Assembly: GCA_944331895.1 (NCBI GenBank)
Contig: CALVIX010000005.1
Location: forward strand, 42,214 to 106,213
Direction: 5' to 3'
Length of the DNA: 64,000 bases
DNA from: an uncultured Bacilli bacterium
GTDB taxonomy: Bacteria; Bacillota_I; Bacilli_A; RF39; UBA660
The position numbers and the translations under genes were made by a program. Shown piece after piece: positions 39,332-47,505 of the stretch. Below the pieces are notes generated by a model. It did no database searches. It worked only from the letters and a program-made list of their open reading frames with translations, and was not told the origin of the DNA. Numbering within the stretch: the first letter of the stretch is position 1; each line of letters begins with the position of its first letter.

Positions 39332-40016
39332 AGTAACAAAATTACCTGAGGCGGAACGTCCGAGGGAACGGTTGATACGGGATGGTGTTACCCATTTAAG
39401 TAACGAGGAATTACTTGCGATTCTTCTCCGTTCGGGAACCAAACGGCATCCAGTAAAACAGTTAGCACAATTGCTTTTAGAGGAAGTTGGAGATATAGAT
39501 CATTGGAAGAGGATTCCTTATGAGCAGTTAAAAGCGATTGAAGGAGTAGGACCGGCACATGCTTGTAGTATTTTGGCTGCAATTGAATTTGGAAGGAGAA
39601 TCTATGCTCCTGTATCTACGTTACAGCAAATAAAAATTACAGGCACAAAGACAGTTTACGAATATTATAAGTATCGTTTAGAAGATGCGAAGCAGGAGTG
39701 CTTTTACTGTGTTTATTTAGATCAACAAAAGAAAGTAATTCGCGATAAACGATTATTTATAGGAACTGTGAATCGTAGTTTAGTGCATCCGCGTGAAATA
39801 TTTAAAGAGGCTTACTTACTCTCTGCTTCCTTTTTAATTTGTATTCACAATCATCCGAGTGGAAACGTCGATCCATCTATGGAAGATATTCGCTTGACGG
39901 AGCGACTATCGGAAATAGGATTTATTCTTGGAATTGTAGTATTAGACCATATGATCATTGGGAAATATGGCTATTATAGTTTTTATGAAAATGGAAAAAT
40001 TTCCCTTTCCAAGTAA
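39327..40016 (+). CDS. radC: RadC-family JAB-domain protein
   Basis: HNHPSG JAMM motif. N-terminal homology (KVTKLPEAERPRERLIRDGVTHLSNEELLAILL) starts 45 nt upstream of the tracked TTG, and the only start-like codon there is ATT at 39327. Confidence 0.8.
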   Translation: MKVTKLPEAERPRERLIRDGVTHLSNEELLAILLRSGTKRHPVKQLAQLLLEEVGDIDHWKRIPYEQLKAIEGVGPAHACSILAAIEFGRRIYAPVSTLQQIKITGTKTVYEYYKYRLEDAKQECFYCVYLDQQKKVIRDKRLFIGTVNRSLVHPREIFKEAYLLSASFLICIHNHPSGNVDPSMEDIRLTERLSEIGFILGIVVLDHMIIGKYGYYSFYENGKISLSK

Positions 40017-40049
40017 CGTGAAATATATTATAATGAAATAGGTGATATT

Positions 40050-40904
40050 ATGTACAGTCAAAAAAAGATGGATAAAAAATATTATATTTTAATTGGTGCG
40101 ATTGTCGCTGCTGTGCTTCTTGGTTTGATTGCACATATCGTGACGACGGATCGTACGTTAACACCAATTGAGAAAGCAATCAAAGATACGGTTTTACTCG
40201 TTCAAAAAGTAGCATATCAACCGATCAAGTTCGTTAAGGATAAAGTCGTTGAATATCAGGAAAAACAAGATTTATATGAAAAATATAAAACATTACAGAA
40301 AAAAGTAAAAGAGACGGATCTCATTCAAGCGGAGAAGAAAGAATTAGAACATCAATTAAAGAGCATGAAAGAAACCTTAGAATTAAATAATACTTTAGTA
40401 GAAACAGAGTATTTGAATGCTACTGTCGTAAATCGCAATCTAGGATATTGGTACAATACCATTACAATCGATAAAGGGAGTCACAATGGGGTAGAAAAAG
40501 ATATGCCAGTGATCGTAAGCGACGGTGTGATCGGAAAGGTAACAAAAGTATCTAATTTCAATAGTACAGTGAAGCTTTTAACAAGTGAAGATGTCAATAA
40601 TAAGATATCGGTAAAAATTGCAGTAGGCGATAAATATGTCTATGGATTACTTTCTGGATATAAGCGCAAAGGGAATACTTTTACGGTAGAAGGAATTGCC
40701 GATAATATCGAAATTCCTGCTGGATCAATTGTTACGACGACAGGAATGGGTGACAATTTTCCAAGTGGTATCATGGTTGGAAAAGTAAAGAAAGTAAAAA
40801 CGGACAATTTCGATTTAGCGAAAACGGTCGAAGTAACATCAAGTGTCGATTTTGACGATCTTAATTACGTGACGATTTTAAAAAGAAAGGAAGCAAATCA
40901 ATAA
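40050..40904 (+). CDS. mreC: rod shape-determining protein MreC
   Basis: TM helix, coiled coil, two beta-barrel segments (GVIGKVTKV, GIMVGKVKKV). Confidence 0.9.
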   Translation: MYSQKKMDKKYYILIGAIVAAVLLGLIAHIVTTDRTLTPIEKAIKDTVLLVQKVAYQPIKFVKDKVVEYQEKQDLYEKYKTLQKKVKETDLIQAEKKELEHQLKSMKETLELNNTLVETEYLNATVVNRNLGYWYNTITIDKGSHNGVEKDMPVIVSDGVIGKVTKVSNFNSTVKLLTSEDVNNKISVKIAVGDKYVYGLLSGYKRKGNTFTVEGIADNIEIPAGSIVTTTGMGDNFPSGIMVGKVKKVKTDNFDLAKTVEVTSSVDFDDLNYVTILKRKEANQ

Positions 40905-41401
40905 TGCTTGTCGCTATTACTTTGATCGTTTCTTTTTGCTTTGATGGTATCATAAGTAATTTTATTCCACTCCATAGTCAGTTACTGATACCTCTTTTGA
41001 CTTTGATGTCATTGTTGATTGTTTATCCTTATTTCAATCATCATGAGGATGATTATTTAAAGGTTGCCGGGGTATTAGGACTTTGTTATGATATCGTATT
41101 CACAGATACAGTATTCTTGAATTGTGTTTTATTCTTGCTTGTCGCTCTTTTCATTCGTTTATTAAATGAATGGTTTTCTAACAATATTTTCAGCGTTGGA
41201 CTTATGGCCATTCTCGTAATCACATTTGCTCGTATTTTAGAATATTCTATTTTGTCACTCGTCGGTTTCTTTGCGTTTGATTGGATGTATTTATTCCAGG
41301 GAATTTATTCTTCTATTTTACTCAATGTGATCTACGTGATGCTTCTATATGTAGTGACTGATAAAATCAGTAGAAAGTTTCATATTCGAAAAATTGATTA
41401 G
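40904..41401 (+). CDS. mreD: rod shape-determining protein MreD
   Basis: 165-aa polytopic membrane protein overlapping the mreC stop. Call rests on synteny. Confidence 0.7.
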   Translation: MLVAITLIVSFCFDGIISNFIPLHSQLLIPLLTLMSLLIVYPYFNHHEDDYLKVAGVLGLCYDIVFTDTVFLNCVLFLLVALFIRLLNEWFSNNIFSVGLMAILVITFARILEYSILSLVGFFAFDWMYLFQGIYSSILLNVIYVMLLYVVTDKISRKFHIRKID

Positions 41402-41471
41402 GATGGGGTTCCATTCTTTTTTGTTGCATATCGTTTGTGGTTCTTTCATATATTAGAGTAGGTGAGATGAG

Positions 41472-42125
41472 ATGGACAAGGAAATAGAAAAATTGAAAGC
41501 TGATATGAAAAAAAAGAAACAGAGAGTTTCCGACATACGTAGCGATTATCGTAAAAAAGAACTTCCTGTGAAGAACCTGTTACTGCGATATGTTACAAAT
41601 TATGCATTAAAAGTTCTGCTCACGATTGTAATTACGTTAATTCTTTTTATTTCTTTAAAAAAGAATCGAGATTTTAAGACACAGTTTTATCATCATGTAT
41701 ATGACACGAATTTTGATTTTGCAACTGTGAATCAGCTATATAAAAAATATGTCGGTTCTGAACTTCCATTTCAAGAATTGTTTATTCAAAAAGATAAAGA
41801 TGTATTTGATGAAAAGTTGACTTATGAGGATTCCCATATTTATAAAGATGGAGTAAAATTGACAGTTGCATCTTTTTATCTTGTTCCTGTGCAACAAAGT
41901 GGAATTGTCGTTTTTATAGGGGAGAAGGAAGGATATGGAAATACGGTCATTATTCAACAAGTGGATGGAATAGATTTATGGTATGGGAATGTAGATCATT
42001 TAAATATTAAATTGTACGATTATGTAGAAAAGGGATCTTTGCTCGGAGAAGCGAAAGATGAAACATTGTATCTCGTGTATAAAAAAGAAGGGAAAGTGCT
42101 AGATTATAAAACTTATCTTTCATAA
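41472..42125 (+). CDS. spoIVFA: SpoIVFA-like protein (degenerate M23/LytM domain)
   Basis: TM anchor plus C-terminal LytM-like fold lacking the His ligands (IIQQVDG, LYLVYKK). Position before spoIVFB-rplU as in B. subtilis. Confidence 0.6.
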   Translation: MDKEIEKLKADMKKKKQRVSDIRSDYRKKELPVKNLLLRYVTNYALKVLLTIVITLILFISLKKNRDFKTQFYHHVYDTNFDFATVNQLYKKYVGSELPFQELFIQKDKDVFDEKLTYEDSHIYKDGVKLTVASFYLVPVQQSGIVVFIGEKEGYGNTVIIQQVDGIDLWYGNVDHLNIKLYDYVEKGSLLGEAKDETLYLVYKKEGKVLDYKTYLS

Positions 42126-42861
42126 GTTATACTTTCATCCATTTTTTTATATTGTCGGTCTTATCATGATGCTTTTAGGACGTTTTTCCTTATTCTTTTG
42201 GTTTACGCTGTTACTCCTCATTCATGAATTTGGTCATGCATTTGTCGCGTCTTTTTACCGTTGGAAGATCCATTCGATTTCTATCTACCCTTTTGGTGGA
42301 ATGACTACCTTTTCTGAACAGCTCAATCGACCGATTGCCGAAGAATTTTTCATTTTGGTTGCAGGACCAATTGCTCAGCAACTAGGATATTCGTTCTTTT
42401 CTTCTTGGATGAGTGATTCCATTATCTACATACATTATGCGCTGTTGTTTTTCAATTTACTTCCGATTGTTCCACTAGATGGTTCAAAATTAGCAGAGCT
42501 TATGTTTCAACGTTTTTTTCCGTATCGTTTATCTAAATATAGCGTTTTTATTATCTCTTTTATCATGGGGTGTATACTTTGGGGAGTCTCTCTTTTTTTT
42601 CATAATCTACTCGGTATTATTTTATGTAGTTATCTCACGATACAACTGGTTGTATATTTTCGAAACATCGATAAAACAACGTTAAAGTTTTTATTAGAAC
42701 GATATTTATATTCGTATCATTTTCGAAAGAGACAAGTGATTTATGGAGAGAATATCAAAAAGATGTATCGAGAGCGAAGTCATATATTTTATATTGATAA
42801 AACATATTATACGGAACGAGAAATTTTAAGGAAAACGTTTGACTTATCAAGGAGTTTGTGA
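42103..42861 (+). CDS. spoIVFB: SpoIVFB-like M50 site-2 protease
   Basis: HEFGH and NLLPIVPLDG motifs, FLLERY C-terminal region. Homology to SpoIVFB TM1 (LYFHPFFYIVGLI) extends upstream of the ATG at 42166, in an open frame with no canonical start. ATT at 42103 is proposed. Confidence 0.7.
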   Translation: MIKLIFHKLYFHPFFYIVGLIMMLLGRFSLFFWFTLLLLIHEFGHAFVASFYRWKIHSISIYPFGGMTTFSEQLNRPIAEEFFILVAGPIAQQLGYSFFSSWMSDSIIYIHYALLFFNLLPIVPLDGSKLAELMFQRFFPYRLSKYSVFIISFIMGCILWGVSLFFHNLLGIILCSYLTIQLVVYFRNIDKTTLKFLLERYLYSYHFRKRQVIYGENIKKMYRERSHIFYIDKTYYTEREILRKTFDLSRSL

Positions 42862-42972
42862 TAAAATTCTATATTGTGTAGTACCTCATGTTGCTACAAC
42901 CGCACGAACCAGGTTATAAACACGTTAGTGTACCTATTAGGCGAGTCTTAGAAAATAAAGAAGGAGGTCAAT
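42862..42972 (+). promoter_or_regulatory. possible L21-leader type regulatory 5' UTR
   Basis: 111-nt structured-looking gap directly upstream of rplU-prp-rpmA, where Firmicutes carry the L21 leader. Assigned by position only. Confidence 0.35.
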
Positions 42973-43272
42973 ATGAAAGCAGTTATTGAAACTGGTGGAA
43001 AGCAATATTTAGTAGAAAAAGGTAGTGTTATCTACGTTGAAAAAATGGATGCTGAGCCAGGAAAGAAAGTAAATTTCAATGTACTTATGGTAGATGGAAC
43101 TGTTGGACATCCATATGTTACAGATGCAAAAGTAACTGGTGAAGTTGTAAAACACGGAAAGCAAAAGAAAGTTGTCGTTTACAAATACAACGCTAAGAAA
43201 AAATACCGTAGAAGACAGGGACACCGTCAACCATATACAAAAATTGAAATTAAATCTGTAACGACAAAATAG
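42973..43272 (+). CDS. rplU: 50S ribosomal protein L21
   Basis: [17 protein letters not shown]... is the canonical L21 N-terminus. Confidence 0.95.
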   Translation: MKAVIETGGKQYLVEKGSVIYVEKMDAEPGKKVNFNVLMVDGTVGHPYVTDAKVTGEVVKHGKQKKVVVYKYNAKKKYRRRQGHRQPYTKIEIKSVTTK

Positions 43273-43273
43273 T

Positions 43274-43594
43274 ATGATACAGATTCATATCAAAGGAACG
43301 GAAAAAGAAGTAAAAGAAATTACGATTTCAGGACATGCAGGATATAGTCATGCTGGGAATGATATCGTATGTGCTGCAGTAAGCAGTATCGCAATTACTT
43401 CGATCAATGCCATTTTGAGATTAGATCAAAATGCAATTCAATATGAAGAAGATGAAGGTTTTATTTCAATTAAAGTATTGAAGCATGATAAAGTAACGGT
43501 TACACTCATTACGAATTTAATCGAACTACTGATCGAATTACAAAAAGATTATAAGAAGTATATAAAAATTAATAAGGAGGTGTCCTCATGTTAA
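43274..43594 (+). CDS. prp: ribosomal-processing cysteine protease Prp (YsxB)
   Basis: ISGHAGY...[11 protein letters not shown]is/Cys dyad. Located between rplU and rpmA. Confidence 0.85.
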   Translation: MIQIHIKGTEKEVKEITISGHAGYSHAGNDIVCAAVSSIAITSINAILRLDQNAIQYEEDEGFISIKVLKHDKVTVTLITNLIELLIELQKDYKKYIKINKEVSSC

Positions 43595-43881
43595 AGTTAT
43601 TACAATTGAATATTCAATTATTTGCACATAAAAAAGGGCAAGGTTCTACGCAGAACGGACGTGACAGTATCTCTAAACGTTTAGGAGCAAAAGCTGCTGA
43701 CGGAGAATATGTAACAGGTGGATCTATTTTATATCGTCAACGTGGAACGAAAATTTACCCAGGAAAGAACGTAGGTATCGGAAGTGATGATACAGTGTAT
43801 GCAAAAATTTCTGGATATGTCAAATTTGAACGTGTTGGAAAAGATAGAAAACAAGTTAGTGTTTATCCTGAAAGAGGATAA
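43588..43881 (+). CDS. rpmA: 50S ribosomal protein L27 with N-terminal propeptide
   Basis: [21 protein letters not shown]: Firmicute propeptide followed by the mature AHKKG.. N-terminus, a Prp substrate. Confidence 0.95.
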   Translation: MLKLLQLNIQLFAHKKGQGSTQNGRDSISKRLGAKAADGEYVTGGSILYRQRGTKIYPGKNVGIGSDDTVYAKISGYVKFERVGKDRKQVSVYPERG

Positions 43882-43894
43882 TTTATACAAAAAA

Positions 43895-43926
43895 GGTACG
43901 AAAGTATCTTTTTTTTGATATAATGA
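43895..43926 (+). repeat. direct repeat copy 1 (rpmA terminator plus TGATATAAT)
   Basis: GGTACGAAAGTATC-T8-GATATAATGA. Near-identical to 47386-47417. Confidence 0.8.
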
Positions 43927-44053
43927 AGTTAGTAGATATACAGTAGGTCTATTGAATGTGTTTCAGTATGAAAAAGAGGTATTTGAAACAAATATACCGT
44001 CTAATAATGTCAACATATGTTATCTCTTTCAAGAGGGGATTGGGAGGGGTTTT

Positions 44054-44506
44054 ATGAAAATATTAAAAAGACTATTTTATATTTCTTGTTTTGCATGTAT
44101 CCTTAGTATCGGAGGGGTAAATGCACAGTCATTGGCTCCTACATTGAAAGCTGGAACCAATGATAATTATTTGAGTTTAGCTACCTCTGTTCCGGCACAT
44201 AATGGATTTACGACTACTGCACGAAGGACAAAGTATCAAACGTTATTAAAACAAGCGATTCGATATGCTTACACTGTCCCAGCTTCTGATAGTGTAGATG
44301 TAATGTTAAAGAAAACGACAGTAGATGGAGGAACTACTTCAAATGCTAGTGGTTGGGAAGTAATTTCTTCCGCAGGAGATGATGTGATTTTTAATTCACC
44401 TGCAGCTATGACGACAGGAACATTTTATCTGTATATAGATTCAAGAATTGGATATACCAAACCGACAATGGTGTATGGTACTTGGTATTTAGATGACAAC
44501 AGGTAA
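44054..44506 (+). CDS. Sec-secreted small protein of unknown function (mature ~124 aa)
   Basis: ATG after GGGAGGGG. Signal peptide MKILKRLFYISCFACILSIGGVNA|QS. Ser/Thr/Gly-rich, probably beta-rich, ends in GTWYLDDNR. No family recognised. Confidence 0.65.
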   Translation: MKILKRLFYISCFACILSIGGVNAQSLAPTLKAGTNDNYLSLATSVPAHNGFTTTARRTKYQTLLKQAIRYAYTVPASDSVDVMLKKTTVDGGTTSNASGWEVISSAGDDVIFNSPAAMTTGTFYLYIDSRIGYTKPTMVYGTWYLDDNR

Positions 44507-44547
44507 TTAATTTTTTATAATCCCCTCAATTTATTTAGGAGGTTTGT

Positions 44548-45360
44548 ATGCAATATCAGAAAAAGTTAAATTATAGCTTTCTTTTGCTCTTGTTTTTATC
44601 TTTGGTAATTACTCTTATTTTGGTTTTAAACGGATATGGGGCATTTTCCTCCGTGGAAGTTTTTCAGGATATGAATGCGACAGTTTTATGGTATTCATTA
44701 TTAAATAGTCATTATGGAGCTAATACAGCATTTATTCTTCCAATGATTTTAGCTTTCGGTACGACATATTATTTTTATCAACAACTTAAAAGTAATATCT
44801 ATCAAGATATGGTTTTAAGAAAAGGTTACAAGCAAACGATGTTATCTATGATATTTCGTTGTTATAAAATGGCGCTATTTTTTCCTTTGATGATGCTTGT
44901 ATTTTATGGTATTTGCTTTCTTATCGCGCCACGAATTGTTACAGATTCAAATTCGTTAGGAACATTTTTATTGACTAATCCGTTTGGTATGGATGTCATT
45001 TTGGTATTAAAAAATATAGGAGTCGTATTATTGTTACAGTATTTATTTGCTATCTTTGTCGTCAATATCTCTCTTTTTAGCATTCGATATTCAAAGAAGT
45101 TTTATCTTTCACTATTATTTACATTCTTGTTACTTAATATTTGCAATTATGTTATGGTAGATGTAGGAGTTAGTTTATTACATGTCAGAGGAGAATATTT
45201 ATTCGAACTTATGATGACAAATGAAATAGCAAATGCTAAATTGACCTTTTTACTTACTTTACCACTTTCATTTATTTTATGTTTTCTTGCTTATGGCAAG
45301 AAAGAAAGGGTTGTGATCTCTCATGCTCAAACAGTTCGTTCAAACGCATCTAAATCATAG
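44548..45360 (+). CDS. ABC-2/LanE-LanG-like permease 1 (about 6 TM)
   Basis: RBS TAGGAGG. 270-aa polytopic hydrophobic protein. Confidence 0.65.
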   Translation: MQYQKKLNYSFLLLLFLSLVITLILVLNGYGAFSSVEVFQDMNATVLWYSLLNSHYGANTAFILPMILAFGTTYYFYQQLKSNIYQDMVLRKGYKQTMLSMIFRCYKMALFFPLMMLVFYGICFLIAPRIVTDSNSLGTFLLTNPFGMDVILVLKNIGVVLLLQYLFAIFVVNISLFSIRYSKKFYLSLLFTFLLLNICNYVMVDVGVSLLHVRGEYLFELMMTNEIANAKLTFLLTLPLSFILCFLAYGKKERVVISHAQTVRSNASKS

Positions 45361-46081
45361 GCTACATAAGGGCGTTTTATGTTATTTATCACTTGGAACC
45401 TTTCTTGCAATGTTGTATGCTGGGACCGCTTCTTATTTTGAAACCATTGGTTTAATTTTATCGAATAAAACATATCTTTGTGTTTTTGTTTTTCCTGCGT
45501 TTTTGATGTTTTTTCTATATTACGATAATGATTTATCTTGTAATCATTTTATCGTTACACGATTTACATCTAGAAAGAAATTTCTTAGGTTTCGATGGAA
45601 AAGCATGATACTGCACACATTAGTTTTGTTTGTCGAACTTCTTTTGGTGATTACGATATTAAATGCGATATTGTATTCGCTTCATTTTAGAATTGAGTTA
45701 TATGAACTTATACTTCCTTTAAAAAAGATATCGATATCAAATATCGTTTATGCGTTAAGCCGAATTTTAAAAGTAGTAGGTGGAATATTGTTTTTACAAG
45801 CTTTATTATTTATTTTAAAATCTTTTACTAAAATGGAATCTATTTCTGTCATATTGATGATTGGCATTATTTTATTTATTTATGTGCAGCCAACTATCGT
45901 TCATCTTTCATTTCTTTCCTTCCTACTTCCAGGGACACATATTTATCAATATTGTAGCGATGTTTCTTTTAGCTTATGGATGGTGTTGGATTTTCTTTAT
46001 TTTTGTGTAGTTAGTTTGCTTTGTTATTTTATACATTTTTCAATACTTCAAAGACGATCGTTGTTAGGAGAAAAAATATGA
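45323..46081 (+). CDS. ABC-2/LanE-LanG-like permease 2
   Basis: 252-aa polytopic protein. 38-nt overlap with the preceding gene. Confidence 0.6.
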   Translation: MLKQFVQTHLNHRLHKGVLCYLSLGTFLAMLYAGTASYFETIGLILSNKTYLCVFVFPAFLMFFLYYDNDLSCNHFIVTRFTSRKKFLRFRWKSMILHTLVLFVELLLVITILNAILYSLHFRIELYELILPLKKISISNIVYALSRILKVVGGILFLQALLFILKSFTKMESISVILMIGIILFIYVQPTIVHLSFLSFLLPGTHIYQYCSDVSFSLWMVLDFLYFCVVSLLCYFIHFSILQRRSLLGEKI

Positions 46082-46755
46082 GATCGATATTAATGAGAGA
46101 TTTTTATACGACGTTTTCAAAGAATAATATTATTTTTCTTTTGATTATTATAATCTTTCTATGTAATGCTTTTTTGCTACCTATAGATTCAGAACATATC
46201 ATGCTAAAATTTTTTGGATTTGATTCAACCTATCAAAGCGCATCTTATCTCACATTTTGCTTGTGTTTTCATTTTTACTTTATATGGTTTTTCTACCGAT
46301 TATACACACGAGATATTTCTCGTAGTAGGGAGTTTCTGTGGCTTAGAATCTCACCACATAAATGGATGTTTTATAAATCGATATCTATTTTAATTATGAT
46401 GTTACTGTTGCAATTTATTTTGTTTTTTCTCGCAACGATCGTTGGCTTCTTACGTGGAATTCTTGAGTTCGCCTTAGATTTTAGTGTATTTTATATGGTT
46501 TTAGGTCATTTTAGTATACTAGTTTTATGCATCTTAATTGGAGAGGTATCCTCAGTTATTAGCATTATTTTAACGATTCTTTTTTATACAGTTCCAATAT
46601 TATTTTCAGAATCTTTTCAAACTTCTATATGTTATGCATCTTTTTATCAATCACATATACGCATTATTATACTTGTTTTTGTATCGGTTGTGATGATTTT
46701 CGTGATTGCATTTAGATTAAAGTACCAATCGGAAAAGGAGGAATATTATGATTGA
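46078..46755 (+). CDS. ABC-2/LanE-LanG-like permease 3
   Basis: ATG at 46078 in an ATGA overlap, behind GGAG. 225-aa polytopic protein. Confidence 0.6.
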   Translation: MRSILMRDFYTTFSKNNIIFLLIIIIFLCNAFLLPIDSEHIMLKFFGFDSTYQSASYLTFCLCFHFYFIWFFYRLYTRDISRSREFLWLRISPHKWMFYKSISILIMMLLLQFILFFLATIVGFLRGILEFALDFSVFYMVLGHFSILVLCILIGEVSSVISIILTILFYTVPILFSESFQTSICYASFYQSHIRIIILVFVSVVMIFVIAFRLKYQSEKEEYYD

Positions 46756-47380
46756 ACTTTTACATGCTACAAAAAAATTAGGTGATCAAATTGTTTTGAA
46801 CGATATTAACGCTCGATTTGAAGAGGGGAAAATTATTGGTATTGTAGGGAGAAATGGTAGCGGAAAAAGTATGTTATTTCGTTTGTTATGTGGGTTGATT
46901 TATCCGACGAAAGGGCAAGTTTTGGTAAATGGAATCGATTTAAAAAAACATAATGTATTTCCACTTGAAGTACGCGCTTTAATCGAAAGACCACATTTTA
47001 TTGATAATATGACTGGATTTGAAAATTTATCGTTACTTGCTTCGATGCAAAAGAAAATTGGTTCAGAAGAAATTGAACGTTATTTAAAATTATTTCATCT
47101 TGATCATGAGAAGAATAAACCGGTGTCAAAATATTCTCTTGGAATGAAACAGAAATTAGGGATTATTCAAGTGTTAATGGAAGATGCTGATGTTATGATT
47201 TTAGATGAGCCATTTTCAGGTCTAGATAAGGAATCGGTAAAAGAAGTGAAGAAAATATTAAAAAAAGAAAGATCTCAGAATAAAACGATTTTAATTGCAT
47301 CACATATAGAAAGTGATATTGATGATTTGTGTGACGAGGTTTACGAGATGGATACGGGAAAATTAACTAAATCAAGTTAA
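46748..47380 (+). CDS. LanF-like ABC ATPase with an E-loop in place of the Q-loop
   Basis: GRNGSGKS Walker A, ALIERPHFIDNMTGFENL (Glu at the Q-loop position; compare NisF ALIEAP..NL, recalled from memory), YSLGMKQKLGI signature, MILDEP Walker B, ASH H-loop. Confidence 0.75.
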   Translation: MIELLHATKKLGDQIVLNDINARFEEGKIIGIVGRNGSGKSMLFRLLCGLIYPTKGQVLVNGIDLKKHNVFPLEVRALIERPHFIDNMTGFENLSLLASMQKKIGSEEIERYLKLFHLDHEKNKPVSKYSLGMKQKLGIIQVLMEDADVMILDEPFSGLDKESVKEVKKILKKERSQNKTILIASHIESDIDDLCDEVYEMDTGKLTKSS

Positions 47381-47385
47381 CAAAG

Positions 47386-47417
47386 GGATACGAAAGTATC
47401 TTTTTTTGATATAGTGA
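47386..47417 (+). repeat. direct repeat copy 2 (terminator after the cassette)
   Basis: GGATACGAAAGTATC-T7-GATATAGTGA. Forms a GATAC-gaaa-GTATC hairpin plus T run. Confidence 0.8.
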
Positions 47418-47505
47418 TTATCGTGTTTTTTGTAAATTCTAGTGTGTCATGTGCTAGTAATTTTACAAAACTAGTGTATAATAGAAGAGAAAAAGAGGTG
47501 ATACC

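Noticed and set aside
43588-43630. N-terminal extension of L27
   Set aside because: It is not an annotation error or novelty. It is the known Firmicute propeptide removed by the adjacent Prp protease.
47430-47482. Imperfect palindrome TTGTAAATTCTAG...CTAGTAATTTTACAA and three CTAGTG repeats upstream of obg
   Set aside because: It needs two indels to pair and has no matching regulator. It could be an operator or a remnant of the cassette junction, but the evidence is too weak to call.
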